A stretch of 64,000 nt of DNA from an uncultured virus (IMG/VR IMGVR_UViG_3300031918_000015) (Duplodnaviria; Heunggongvirae; Uroviricota; Caudoviricetes): IMG/VR virus record IMGVR_UViG_3300031918_000015, positions 1 to 64,000 of that record; one strand, 5' to 3'. The notes below the pieces were generated by a model. That model worked only from the letters and a program-made list of their open reading frames with translations, was not told where the DNA came from and did no database searches. Both the position numbers and the translations under genes were made by a program. Positions 1 to 10,815 of this stretch are shown here, piece by piece. The first letter of the stretch is position 1. Each line of letters opens with the position of its first letter.

Positions 1-299
1 CCTTCCATATCTATATTATAACACTTTTTCAAGTAATTTATAATCAATCCTAAAATTTTATATCTAATTTTACAGTTTTCCAATTTTATGGTATAATAAA
101 CATACTATATTAAAATAGATAAAGGGAAAAAATGAAATGTTATGAAAATGAAACTAAACCTATTTAAAATAAAACATTATATCTAAATTAATATAGAATA
201 TTGTATCCATTCATAACTCTTTGCCATCTTCTTTAAAGTATTTTACATTAGAAATATTATTGTTTCCAAAATAAAATACTTTATAAAGGAGGTGTTTTT

Positions 300-434
300 A
301 TGAAAGAATGGTACATAAAAAGCTTTAGCACACTATTGTTATTCTCTTTGGCTATTGAGTTAGTTATATACGCTATTAATAATGGCGTAAGTCAAGACAT
401 AATAATAGCCCTAATTTTAAGTATTCTGAAGTAG
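300..434 (+). CDS. 44-aa hydrophobic membrane peptide (type I toxin-like or holin-like)
   Basis: Not in ORF track. AAAGGAGGT RBS, then MKEWYIKSFSTLLLFSLAIELVIYAINNGVSQDIIIALILSILK*, followed by a hairpin and T-tract. Confidence 0.6.
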   Translation: MKEWYIKSFSTLLLFSLAIELVIYAINNGVSQDIIIALILSILK

Positions 435-467
435 AGAGCCGAACACTTGAATTAGAGCTGGGGCTGA

Positions 468-499
468 GGGACGAACTACAATTCGTTCCTTTTTCTTTT
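468..499 (+). terminator. Intrinsic terminator
   Basis: GGACGAA-ctacaa-TTCGTTCC followed by T-rich tract. Confidence 0.6.
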
Positions 500-548
500 A
501 TTATACTCTAATTATATCATATCTATTCATTTAAACAATATTTAATTT

Positions 549-1037
549 TTAAACTCCTATAATAAATCTTTCCTGTCTATCATTTATCCTAACTACAAGT
601 TCTATATCATTTTGTGATTCATCTATGTATGACATTTCTATAAAGTCATTATTGCTCAACAAATTTACACCTGTTATTTCTTTAAACCTAGCATAAAATT
701 CATCACATTCTATAATCAGCATGTCCATTATATCATCTTCATCATCTGAATTATAAAACCTATCAAATTCTTTCCTAGTAGAAATTTTAAATGGAAAGTC
801 ATCATCTGTATTTTCATCAATCCATTTAAGCAAATGCAAATGCTCATCCTGCCTTTTCAATTCCCTTCGCTTGTCCACTTCTATAAGATACTGTTCGTAA
901 TCTGAAATTTCTCCTTCTTCCTCAATACCTAACCTTTCAAGATAATGACCAAAGCCTACAAAAATTTTACGGATATCAATAATTGTTCCTTCATAGTAAT
1001 TTTCTCTTTTCATTCCTGTTTGCATAATACTTTCCAT
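549..1037 (-). CDS. Hypothetical acidic protein
   Basis: 162-aa ORF with AAGGAG RBS, divergent from the repressor gene. Confidence 0.7.
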   Translation of the reverse strand: MESIMQTGMKRENYYEGTIIDIRKIFVGFGHYLERLGIEEEGEISDYEQYLIEVDKRRELKRQDEHLHLLKWIDENTDDDFPFKISTRKEFDRFYNSDDEDDIMDMLIIECDEFYARFKEITGVNLLSNNDFIEMSYIDESQNDIELVVRINDRQERFIIGV

Positions 1038-1283
1038 ATTAACACATCTCCTTGATTTAGGCTAAACAATGTGTTATCATTAATCTTGTTGAGGGATTAG
1101 GTGATAACTATTTTTGTTGTTGCCTTATTTTTATTTGGATAAGTTGGATTAACTTACCTTATGTAACTATAGTAATCCTCTTTTTGTATAATGTCAATAT
1201 GTTTTTTAAGTATTATAGTAAATATTAAATCCCTTTATTGCATATAGTCAAAAAATGTTATATACTATAAAAGAGGTGAGAAT

Positions 1284-2111
1284 ATGGCTAAAATGAAGTT
1301 AGATAAACTATTAAAAGATAGCCGATATAATCAAAAAGATGTATCTGATTATACTGGAATCAATAAAAATACTATTAGCAAATATGTAAATAATACCTTT
1401 GAAAAAATTGATAAAGGACATATTGATTTGCTATGTGACCTCTTTAGGTGTACTCCTAATGATTTATTAGAATTAGAACCAGTTCAACAAAAGATGTTTC
1501 CACCTTCTGAAATTGGAAACTGGATGGATATTAGTAATACTGATGCGGTTGGACACGAATATAATAAAAAACCATTATTAAATCAATATACTTTAAAAAT
1601 GGTTAATATACTTAAAGAAGAACATAAATCAGGCTTTCTTTTAGGTCGTAAAGAAATAAAAGAAAATGAAATATTTGAAGAACAAAATGGTTATAATCCA
1701 ATTCAATCAGATAAAGAAATTCTTGAAATGGAAGAAATGCAATCTAAATTAGATTTGGAATTTAATATTGAATCTAATCTTAATTCAATATTAAATAACA
1801 TAGTTTTAAATTGTGAACCATCAATCTATGAAAAATATAAAAATGAAATTGATAAATATTATATTTATAGTATGGAAGAATTTAATATAACATTTAAATT
1901 AATACCATCGTATCGCTTAATTTATAATATTCTTTCTTCGCAATCTAATTCTTCTGAACTTCTTGGATTTTTAACAAGATTAAGAAATATATATGCGCAT
2001 GGTGGATTATTAGATTTAAGTGATAATGACTTGCAAGTTATATCAAATGCTTCTGTTTATTTTTTCAATGAAATTTCTAAAAATAAATCCACTACTAAGC
2101 AAAAAGACTAG
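1284..2111 (+). CDS. Cro/C1 (XRE) HTH transcriptional regulator with long C-terminal extension
   Basis: N-terminal LDKLLKDSRYNQKDVSDYTGINKNTISKYVNN...LLCDLFRCTPNDLLE is a typical HTH_26 domain. Confidence 0.8.
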   Translation: MAKMKLDKLLKDSRYNQKDVSDYTGINKNTISKYVNNTFEKIDKGHIDLLCDLFRCTPNDLLELEPVQQKMFPPSEIGNWMDISNTDAVGHEYNKKPLLNQYTLKMVNILKEEHKSGFLLGRKEIKENEIFEEQNGYNPIQSDKEILEMEEMQSKLDLEFNIESNLNSILNNIVLNCEPSIYEKYKNEIDKYYIYSMEEFNITFKLIPSYRLIYNILSSQSNSSELLGFLTRLRNIYAHGGLLDLSDNDLQVISNASVYFFNEISKNKSTTKQKD

Positions 2112-2210
2112 AAAATAAATTCTAGTCTTACATACTTTTATCATCTAATTCAGTCCAATCTATATTGTTTCATTTGGATTGTCTTATGTTTTCATTATTC
2201 TATTAATTTG

Positions 2211-2762
2211 TTAATCTATGTATTCAATAGTAAATTCATCATTATTTTTAGTTACAACTATATACGAGCAATCATAATTATATCTATCTACTTCCAATTT
2301 GATATTATCTTTATTAATTTCTTTAGAAATAATATCTTCTATCATAACTCCTTTATTGTTAATATATAATGTTCCTTCATCTATATAAATATTCCAACCA
2401 TTTGATTCCAAATCATCATATAATTCAATATCTCTATCTCTTGGATAAACCGACTTGAACATTCCACGCCCTAAATTATAATATATCAAGGTTTTTACTT
2501 CTTCTAATTTACTTGCTTCTATTATTTTATAATCAAAACATATTTCATTATATTGAAGTCCTCGTTTATCTAATATTTGTTTAACTCCAACAGTATCGCT
2601 AGATACATATGGAAAATATTCTACATTATTATTTTTAACACTTTTATTTAATAATTCGCATAATTTTATACTATATTTCTCATTTATTTTAATTTGTTCT
2701 TTCCAATCTATACTCATATTATTTACACTCCATTTCACTAATATACTCATCAACAAAAGCAA
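2211..2762 (-). CDS. Hypothetical protein (real start probably MSIDWK near 2717)
   Basis: ORF directly downstream of the Bro-N gene. Confidence 0.6.
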   Translation of the reverse strand: MLLLMSILVKWSVNNMSIDWKEQIKINEKYSIKLCELLNKSVKNNNVEYFPYVSSDTVGVKQILDKRGLQYNEICFDYKIIEASKLEEVKTLIYYNLGRGMFKSVYPRDRDIELYDDLESNGWNIYIDEGTLYINNKGVMIEDIISKEINKDNIKLEVDRYNYDCSYIVVTKNNDEFTIEYID

Positions 2763-3477
2763 ATACTCTTGAATATTTTTCTACAGGAACATCTTCCCAT
2801 TTAATAACTTTAAATTCTTTAAATACTGATTTCTTAACCTTTTGAAATATAGGATTATTAGCCATTATATGATATCCTAATTTTTCACTTAGTATTTCCT
2901 TGATAGTCTTTACTATTCTAGTTGTATTTACTGAATGGAATCCAATTAAATCTTTTAAATTTTCTCTGTCTGAATCGTATATTACTGATTGATTATGTAG
3001 CATTTCAATACTTTGATCTATTTTATCTTGTGATTGCAATACTAACTTACCCATCTCGTTAGTTATTAATGGAATTATATTAGTAATTGTAGCTTGTACT
3101 AAATCTACTAGATTGTTATTTACATTTGGTGTAGTAATTGAATATGTACCATTCTTTCTTAATGAAGGTAAAACCTCATCAGTTACCCAATCTTGAAATT
3201 TTTCAGCTTCTTCTTTTTTAGATTTAAATATTAGCTTATACACTCCACTCTCAGTTAAGAATTTCTCTCCAGCATTGTTTAATTTTCGGATTTGCACATC
3301 ATGCATATCTGAATTAGTTAGCTTTATTACTTGCTTTTCATTAAAATTTCTCATACTACTATTAACATCAGTAATGTCTAAACACTTAGCAACATCTTTT
3401 GGATTAAATAAAACTCTCCCTTCGTATTCAAATACTTCAACTTCTTTGTTTTCAAAAATCATAATCCTCTTGTCCAT
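2719..3477 (-). CDS. BRO-N domain antirepressor-like protein
   Basis: FNPKDVAKCL...FLTESGVYKLIFKSKKEEAEKFQDWVTDEVLPSLRKNGTY is a Bro-N signature. Confidence 0.9.
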   Translation of the reverse strand: MDKRIMIFENKEVEVFEYEGRVLFNPKDVAKCLDITDVNSSMRNFNEKQVIKLTNSDMHDVQIRKLNNAGEKFLTESGVYKLIFKSKKEEAEKFQDWVTDEVLPSLRKNGTYSITTPNVNNNLVDLVQATITNIIPLITNEMGKLVLQSQDKIDQSIEMLHNQSVIYDSDRENLKDLIGFHSVNTTRIVKTIKEILSEKLGYHIMANNPIFQKVKKSVFKEFKVIKWEDVPVEKYSRVFAFVDEYISEMECK

Positions 3478-3704
3478 TTCTTTCTCTCCTTTAATATATT
3501 AATTTATTTTGTAAAAGTTATTAATTCCCTTTACAAGATTAATATTACACCTAGGAAAGATTAAAGTCAATACTTATTTCTATTAATTTGTTTAAGTAAT
3601 TTTTATACACTATATATTGTGTTTATAAATAAATATAACCACAATATATAGATAAAAGTCTTGTTAAAATCTGTGTTTTGAATTATGTTCGTTCTATTAA
3701 TTTA

Positions 3705-4157
3705 TTATACCATATCGTATTTTGAACGTAAAAATGACATCATTTCATTTATAAACTTTCCTGTACTTTCCCATTCTTCATTGACCGTTCCTACTGCATC
3801 TTTACCCATTTCAAGTGCGAAATGCTCAGAGACTTCATCAAGTGTCATGTAGTCTCCAACAGATATTCCCATTTCAGATTCATCATACCAAGCTGGATTT
3901 GCATGTACTGTATCATGGTCTATGTATATTTCAATATAAAACTCACTATTTTTATTTTGTACTGGCGATACTTTGCATGAATTTAGTAACATGTCAGTTC
4001 TTTCATAAACTTTTGGTTCATAATTATAGATATTCTCTAAGAAATATAATCTAATATCTTGTTGTACTTTAACTGCTATTTCTTCTAATTCTCGAAGAGT
4101 ATCTCTTTGTAACTGTGCATAAAATTCTTCAATACTTCCATAATCCATTATCTGCAC
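3705..4157 (-). CDS. Putative tail/neck component (HK97 gp10-like)
   Basis: Follows the tail tube gene; YEPKVYERTDML motif typical of such virion proteins. Confidence 0.45.
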   Translation of the reverse strand: MQIMDYGSIEEFYAQLQRDTLRELEEIAVKVQQDIRLYFLENIYNYEPKVYERTDMLLNSCKVSPVQNKNSEFYIEIYIDHDTVHANPAWYDESEMGISVGDYMTLDEVSEHFALEMGKDAVGTVNEEWESTGKFINEMMSFLRSKYDMV

Positions 4158-4244
4158 TCCTTTTATATTAATTTATTTAAATACTCAAGAATAGACACCC
4201 GAAAGTGCCTACTATCAATATTTAATTTTAATTTCTATAACTTA

Positions 4245-5357
4245 TTATGCTATAGTAGTAGTTGACACATTTGAAGTACCTTCATGAGTTCCTCCAGTAA
4301 CAACTAATTTAAAGTTGTAAGAGCTACTTGAAGTCAATCCTTTAACTAATGCACTAGTTGAAGTTGCAGTTATTGCACCTCCATTTAAATACACACCAGT
4401 AGTTCCACTAGTAGCTACTGTAGAATATGTACTATCTGTACTTAACTTGTACATCAAATCAATATTTGTAGCTGATGTTGGTGCGGTAAATGTTAAACTA
4501 GCTTGTCCTGCTATTAAACTACTTCCAGCTAAATCTGTAATTGGTGTTACTACTGCAACAATCGGTGCTTTTTCCTTTAAAGTGAAGAAAAGTGGATCTC
4601 CATTCTCATCTTTTAATATAGAATCAGCCATAACTTTCATTGAAATATCAAATTTAGATGGATTCGAAGCATCAAATGTAATTGTTATAGAATTTTCTGC
4701 CAATACATTAGGAATAACAAGCTGTTTAAAACTCATAGTTCCATCTACTCTATTTTTACATAATACATTAGCGACTAACTTTCTTGCTCCATTTAAACTT
4801 CCTTTTCCACTTACATTAAATGAATATACAGTACCTATTGGCATTGACTCAATATAGTTAGCTTCAACTATACTAGTATTTGCAACTAAATCTGTATCAG
4901 TTATTGTAAATTTCTTTTTATCTGTTCCATCTTGTACTGCTACAAGTTCTTTTTGTAATTCTCCGTCTCTAGTTAATAAATGGAAATTAGTTACTGAATT
5001 TAATAATGGTTCAGAAACTAATGTAATTACCATAGAACCATCTGTTGTTACTGTAAATGTTTCTGATTTATCATAAGTCCCATTTTCAGTATTTAATTTC
5101 ATACCATTGCTACCTAAAGCTTCTGCTAATTGTGCAAATGATATTGTCTCTGTTGACATTTTATAAGTTCCTTGTGGGTCAACTGACCACGCCATTACAT
5201 CTAAACCTTGTTCTTTTGCTGTTTTTTGAGTTGATTTGTATTCCAAACTACAAGTATTAGCTTGTGGTATTTTTAATATTAATTTACCTGAACTTTTATC
5301 AAAAAGTTTTACTTCACTTGCATTTAGTATACCAAATCTTTCCATTATATTTGACAT
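4245..5357 (-). CDS. Major tail tube protein with C-terminal FN3/Ig-like domain
   Basis: Position after head-tail genes; tube-like beta-rich body; C-terminal LTFTAPT...YNFKLVVTGG FN3-like segment. Confidence 0.7.
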   Translation of the reverse strand: MSNIMERFGILNASEVKLFDKSSGKLILKIPQANTCSLEYKSTQKTAKEQGLDVMAWSVDPQGTYKMSTETISFAQLAEALGSNGMKLNTENGTYDKSETFTVTTDGSMVITLVSEPLLNSVTNFHLLTRDGELQKELVAVQDGTDKKKFTITDTDLVANTSIVEANYIESMPIGTVYSFNVSGKGSLNGARKLVANVLCKNRVDGTMSFKQLVIPNVLAENSITITFDASNPSKFDISMKVMADSILKDENGDPLFFTLKEKAPIVAVVTPITDLAGSSLIAGQASLTFTAPTSATNIDLMYKLSTDSTYSTVATSGTTGVYLNGGAITATSTSALVKGLTSSSSYNFKLVVTGGTHEGTSNVSTTTIA

Positions 5358-5423
5358 TTATAAATTCCTCCTTTTAATTTGTGTAATTTTTATATAATAA
5401 AAAAGTCTTTATATTATAAAGAC

Positions 5424-6314
5424 TTAATCATTCATTTTATTGTTTTCCATATCATTAGGTAATTTAACTTTAACTTTTCGCAACCAATCTAAATCAGGTA
5501 CTTTTTCAAAATTATAATTACCAGATGTATATTGAGATTTAACTATTTCAATATTTTCTTTAGCAAACATTGAATTAAATTGATAAAATAATTGCCAAAT
5601 AGTTAAATCTTGTATGTTTTTATAATTATATTTTGTATTTTCATTAATACAAATAGAACCAATAACATCAGATATAGTCAATTGATTTTCTTTTTCTTCT
5701 TTCTTTTCTTCTTCTAAATATAACTTAATTTGTTCCTCATACATTCTTTGAACTTCTGGGTCTGCATAATACAATTTTTTAACATTATTATCTTTATCAA
5801 TCTCAATGATGCTATTACAAGTAATAATTCTAATAAGTTCACTAAATTCACCAAAGTTATTATTATCTAGCTGAAATATAGGAATCTTACATATTTCCCC
5901 ATTAACATCTTTAAAATCATAAACTATAATAGCATCAATGTTATCAGATACTCCAATTCTATTAAAATCTTTAATATCTAAAAAAAAAGCTAATGATTGA
6001 ATTAATAACATAATTATTGACTCTGAAATATTAAAATCTGATTTACTGTTTAATATTTCTTCTTGAATTATCATTGATTCAAATAATGACTTATTATTTA
6101 TTTTATCTTTTATTTCATCATATATTTGTAAATGTTCTTTTTGTATTCTAAATATATAAGTCATACTAAGATATGGTAATAATCCAATATCGTCTATATC
6201 TTCTATTTTAGGTTGTTTAACTTTAATTCGTTGATTATTATTATCTTGAAATATAATTGATAAACCTCTAATTAGTTGATACTTAAGTGAATCACTATTC
6301 ATTAGTATCATCAC
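5424..6314 (-). CDS. Virion morphogenesis protein, function unknown
   Basis: Within the head-tail operon, overlaps the upstream gene. Confidence 0.5.
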   Translation of the reverse strand: MMILMNSDSLKYQLIRGLSIIFQDNNNQRIKVKQPKIEDIDDIGLLPYLSMTYIFRIQKEHLQIYDEIKDKINNKSLFESMIIQEEILNSKSDFNISESIIMLLIQSLAFFLDIKDFNRIGVSDNIDAIIVYDFKDVNGEICKIPIFQLDNNNFGEFSELIRIITCNSIIEIDKDNNVKKLYYADPEVQRMYEEQIKLYLEEEKKEEKENQLTISDVIGSICINENTKYNYKNIQDLTIWQLFYQFNSMFAKENIEIVKSQYTSGNYNFEKVPDLDWLRKVKVKLPNDMENNKMND

Positions 6315-6879
6315 CTCTTATTTGTTTTTGAATATTTTTATTATTTAAATAATCATAACTAAAATCATTAGCTGTATACATTAACATCATACCGTCATTT
6401 TCCTCGTTAAGACTTAAATCACGATATTTTTCTTTATTTGTTTTACCTAGTCCAGTTATATTAGCTTGATTAAATTCATCATCAAAAATTTTGGCTATAC
6501 AATTTATACGATTTAAACCATTCTCTAACTCTTGTATATTAGTACCTTTTGTTATAATTCTTACAATTACAAATATATCTCTAAAAGTTAAAGAATTGCC
6601 TTTTGGCGCTGAATGAAAAGTTATTAAAATGCAAACTTGTTCTCCACTTTGAACGATATCATTCTTACGTCTAAATAATAAACAACCATGTTCTGAATTT
6701 GATGATGGTTTAAATATATCCCAAGGATTATCTGGATATTGGCAAATATCTTCATCTAAAGGGTTACTATTAGAAAACCATATTAAACGAAACAAATCAT
6801 CATTATCTATAATGAAATTTTTTATATACTTTTTAAATAAATCAAAATCATCTAATTCTTTCAAATCATCAATATTCAC
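6295..6879 (-). CDS. Putative tail completion/terminator protein
   Basis: Synteny and size (194 aa). Confidence 0.45.
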   Translation of the reverse strand: MNIDDLKELDDFDLFKKYIKNFIIDNDDLFRLIWFSNSNPLDEDICQYPDNPWDIFKPSSNSEHGCLLFRRKNDIVQSGEQVCILITFHSAPKGNSLTFRDIFVIVRIITKGTNIQELENGLNRINCIAKIFDDEFNQANITGLGKTNKEKYRDLSLNEENDGMMLMYTANDFSYDYLNNKNIQKQIRGDDTNE

Positions 6880-7109
6880 TAACCATCACCTCCCAAATAC
6901 TCTCTCATACTATCGAATACTTCAATTTTCACGCCTATAAAACCCCATAAAATTGTACTTTTATTAACTGTTTTTTCTATTAATTTATTATTGTTATATC
7001 CCCTTATTTTATAAGAAGACGTTAATACACCTAATTTCATATCATCACTTCTTTCTATATTTTATTTTTACATAACAAAAAGACACCTTATATAAAGATG
7101 TCTCACTTA

Positions 7110-8741
7110 TTATATTGCTTGTTTTAAATTTTCTTCATTTTTCCTTCTATCATATTCTTCTTGTGTTAAATAATTAAATTCATAACCTTTATGATGCTTT
7201 TGTTTTTCTTGGCAGACTAAAGTAATATTACTTCTAATTAATTTTACTTTAAAAAGTTCTATGCTTTGTCTTTCTAATTCACTAGCTGAGGGGAATAAAC
7301 CTAGACTAATTCCATCTTTAAATATTTCTACTGGTTTTGAATAATTTTTCTTATTTCTTATTACACTGTTTTTATAATTTTGATTTATTTCTTCATTTTT
7401 ATTATAGTGACACCAGCCCAATTCATTACCAGATTCTAACCATTTTTGAATTGAAAGCCTACAATATCCTCCCATTAATTTACCTATTTCAGTAGTAGTC
7501 ATCTTAGGATTTTGTTTTTTAAGTTCACAAGCTTTTTTTACTAAGTTAGACAAAGCAAATTCATAGCATTTTATCCAATTAATTTTACTTAAATCAAATA
7601 ATTCATTTAATATTTTATCATTCAATATATTTTTTCTTAGCAAATTTAAATCAGCTTTTCTGTAATCAATAATAATATAGTTTTCTTCTTTTGTGTCATT
7701 TTTTAATGCTAGTTCTTTTTTGTTTTTATCATTCTCTACCTGTTCATCCAAATTCATTTCAAAATTAGTATTTTCTTCGTAATGTTGTTGTCCATTTACT
7801 TCTATTATATAATTTTCTTTATTACCTAACTGAAAATAAAAATCATATCTATAATTATTACACCACGATTGTTCTCTTTTTGATAATTGAGTTATAAATT
7901 TTATACCTATTTGTTCTAATAAACTAAAAACATATTTTTCCCCTTTTGAAATATTATCACTACAAGAACACCCTATTGAATGTGATTTGTAAATATAACC
8001 AATATTAGTTTTCTTTTTTTTAACTCTTCCACAATCAGGACAGATAGGATAGATATAACCTTTTGGATTATCAGGGTTTCCACTTCCCCATTTTGTATAC
8101 TTCTTAGCCTCATCATAACCATCTTGAAAATATTTAACTATACAAGGTGATATTGTAGCTACATCATTAATACCTTCTATAAGTGTTTTCCCAGAACAAC
8201 ATGAACATCCTCGTTTTTCTTTTCTTAATAAATCTCCTTCTGTCATCCACCCTTCATTCCAACTACAAACGTTACAAGTGTATTTGTACCATTTATCATT
8301 GCACAAAGAACCATCTTTTTTATATCTAATTCTAATTTCTTTATCAGTTACAGTTATATCTCTTTTGTTATCTTTAAAAGTTTGTCCAATTTCTATTTTG
8401 AATTCTGATGTGATTTTTCCTATAATTCTTCCTATATTACAGTTTGACATTTGATTAGTATTTATCTCTGATTCAAATTTGTTGTATTTTACTTTTAATA
8501 TTCTTTTATCTTTTTTATAACTAATAATTTCAATCCACCCTATAATATTTTCGTATATAAAATACACATTATATCCAATTGAATTTATCCAATCAATAAC
8601 TAATTTATTTTTATTTCCACCGACTCCATACTTCCTAGGTAAACATTCTAAAAAAGTTTTTCTACACTTACCACTTTTAATTAATTCCTTATTCTCTTCT
8701 TTCCACTGTTTAATAAATTCTAAATATTCCTTTTCATTCAT
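7110..8741 (-). CDS. Homing-endonuclease-like protein (Zn ribbons, PD-(D/E)xK/DUF559-like nuclease, NUMOD1-like C-terminus), moron-like insert
   Basis: CNVC/CSCC/CPDC motifs; YRYDFYF...IIEVNGQQHY nuclease motif; KPVEIF...SASELER NUMOD1-like end; start re-set to MNEKE (AAGGAG RBS); own TTGACA promoter. Confidence 0.75.
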   Translation of the reverse strand: MNEKEYLEFIKQWKEENKELIKSGKCRKTFLECLPRKYGVGGNKNKLVIDWINSIGYNVYFIYENIIGWIEIISYKKDKRILKVKYNKFESEINTNQMSNCNIGRIIGKITSEFKIEIGQTFKDNKRDITVTDKEIRIRYKKDGSLCNDKWYKYTCNVCSWNEGWMTEGDLLRKEKRGCSCCSGKTLIEGINDVATISPCIVKYFQDGYDEAKKYTKWGSGNPDNPKGYIYPICPDCGRVKKKKTNIGYIYKSHSIGCSCSDNISKGEKYVFSLLEQIGIKFITQLSKREQSWCNNYRYDFYFQLGNKENYIIEVNGQQHYEENTNFEMNLDEQVENDKNKKELALKNDTKEENYIIIDYRKADLNLLRKNILNDKILNELFDLSKINWIKCYEFALSNLVKKACELKKQNPKMTTTEIGKLMGGYCRLSIQKWLESGNELGWCHYNKNEEINQNYKNSVIRNKKNYSKPVEIFKDGISLGLFPSASELERQSIELFKVKLIRSNITLVCQEKQKHHKGYEFNYLTQEEYDRRKNEENLKQAI

Positions 8742-8983
8742 ATGTATTATCTCCTTCATGTTATAATTTATTTTCATGTGTATTTTATAAAAGAAAGAAA
8801 GGCACATGAAAAACCCTGTCCTTAGTATAAGTTTCGAACCTTATACTAAGTAATCTTCCTAAATTTATATTAACATCTTTAACAAAGATTGTCAATATCT
8901 TTTTTAATTTACATTAATTTATTTATATACTAATGTAAAGACACTAGAAATAATCCTAATGTCTTTATAATTAACATACAATT

Positions 8984-10300
8984 TTACATCCCTTTTAGTG
9001 TTATTGTTTGACTATTTAATATTTTTTCTCCTGTGTTTTTATCAATTATAGTTATAGTAAATGTTTTTAATACATTTATATTGAGATTTCTAATTGTAAA
9101 ACTAGAGTCTGTTTTTTTAACAATTGATATGTTTTGTTTATTTAACAAATCTTGACCAAATGAATCTAATTGATATTCAATTATTAAATTATTTTGAATT
9201 ACGCCATTTTCATATTTTATAGCTGAAATTGTACTACCTTCTTTTGTTCTATATACGTATCCATTACTTGTTTTGATTTCATAATTTACTTGACTAACAA
9301 TACTAGATACTACTTCAAAATTCACAATAAATTCTCTAACTTCATCAGTGAGATTTAATTTAATTTTAAAACTTCCAGTTCCAATATCAACTCCAGTAAT
9401 AGTTATTTTACCATCATTAGATTTAATAATTGAAATCAAGTTACTTGTATTTTCTATATTTATTAAATTATTATCAATAGGATTACCATTATCTAAAAAT
9501 GAATAAACTAAACCACAATCACTACCCTTAGTAACACTTAACGAATTTGTACAGGTAGTATCATAGTTATGTTTGATTTCCCATTTGTTGGCTATTTCAT
9601 TATCCACATCATCAATTTCAGTATTGATACTATCTTGACCAAGTAATATAGACAATAAACCCACATCGCTTACAAAGTCAGTTTGAGTTACTTTCCAAGC
9701 ATTTGCATTAAATATAAATCTTTGTCCAACTTTAATATTTTGAGTTTTAGAATTATATGGTAAAGTAATTACATATCTACTATCCCCTTCGGTAATGCCT
9801 GCTACAATCGTTGAAATTCCTAATGTGTATTTAGTTTGATTACTTATAATAACTTGTGTATCATATAAATTTCCTTTATACACCCACTTCAATAAATGAT
9901 TGCATTCCTTAAATACACCTTCATCATATCCATGTTTCTTTTCTATCTTTGAAGTTATTATATAATCACGTAACTCATCAGTATCATTTACTTTAAATTT
10001 TAAATAGTCTCCACATTTAATCTGATTAGGATATACCTGTACAGTTTCTTCCATTTCAGTATCAGCAGTTTGATGTCTTTTCACATCAATTACGCCTCTT
10101 ATTAAAGTATCTGAATTATTGATATATACATCTTTACCATCAATTGTATTGACCATTATAGAGAATCTAGTAACTACATTAGGTCTAGCAATATTATAAT
10201 CAGTTGTCATTTCAGATTGTAATTGGGATTTTCTATCATCAAAGCCTTTAGAACCATTTATAGTTCTGCAATAATTTATTATGTTACCTATATCACTCAT
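8984..10300 (-). CDS. Head-tail joining/structural protein with Ig-like C-terminus
   Basis: Start re-set to MSDIGN (ATGAGTGA overlap with upstream stop); head-closure-like motifs IKCGDYL and IKVGQRFIF. Confidence 0.55.
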   Translation of the reverse strand: MSDIGNIINYCRTINGSKGFDDRKSQLQSEMTTDYNIARPNVVTRFSIMVNTIDGKDVYINNSDTLIRGVIDVKRHQTADTEMEETVQVYPNQIKCGDYLKFKVNDTDELRDYIITSKIEKKHGYDEGVFKECNHLLKWVYKGNLYDTQVIISNQTKYTLGISTIVAGITEGDSRYVITLPYNSKTQNIKVGQRFIFNANAWKVTQTDFVSDVGLLSILLGQDSINTEIDDVDNEIANKWEIKHNYDTTCTNSLSVTKGSDCGLVYSFLDNGNPIDNNLINIENTSNLISIIKSNDGKITITGVDIGTGSFKIKLNLTDEVREFIVNFEVVSSIVSQVNYEIKTSNGYVYRTKEGSTISAIKYENGVIQNNLIIEYQLDSFGQDLLNKQNISIVKKTDSSFTIRNLNINVLKTFTITIIDKNTGEKILNSQTITLKGM

Positions 10301-10781
10301 ATAACGACCTTGGCTTCCCTGTAGTTCTATTAACTGAATTACATTTATCAATTTTTAATTGCATTTTGTCTTCTGTGTCAGTTAATATTTCTAAATAGGT
10401 TCGTCTTTCATCCGCTGGACTCCATGCTTTAATATCAGTTCCAAGATATTTTTGAAATTCTGCTAATCTTAATATTGGTTCTCTCATATATATAACTTTC
10501 ATCATATCTGAGATAGTATCAGTCTCTATTCTTGTTAATTCATCATCAAAACATTCTAAGGTATCATCTCTGCTAGATAGAACTAATTGGTCTAATTGTG
10601 GTTCAATCTCATCACAAGCAGAATCTAATAATTCTAAAGAACGTTCGTTCACTATAATTTCTACTTCTGATTCGGTTAAACCGTTATATAAAAAGAATTT
10701 TACATCTTGCTTTATCTTTTTTATGAATTTTGCTATTACATATTGATAGGGTGTTTTTACCATACTCTCTTCTCCTTTCAA
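10293..10781 (-). CDS. Putative head-tail adaptor
   Basis: Position after capsid; helical 160-aa protein with WSPA motif. Confidence 0.5.
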   Translation of the reverse strand: MKGEESMVKTPYQYVIAKFIKKIKQDVKFFLYNGLTESEVEIIVNERSLELLDSACDEIEPQLDQLVLSSRDDTLECFDDELTRIETDTISDMMKVIYMREPILRLAEFQKYLGTDIKAWSPADERRTYLEILTDTEDKMQLKIDKCNSVNRTTGKPRSLYE

Positions 10782-10815
10782 ATATAAAAAAAGATAGAGA
10801 TTTTTTACCCTATCT

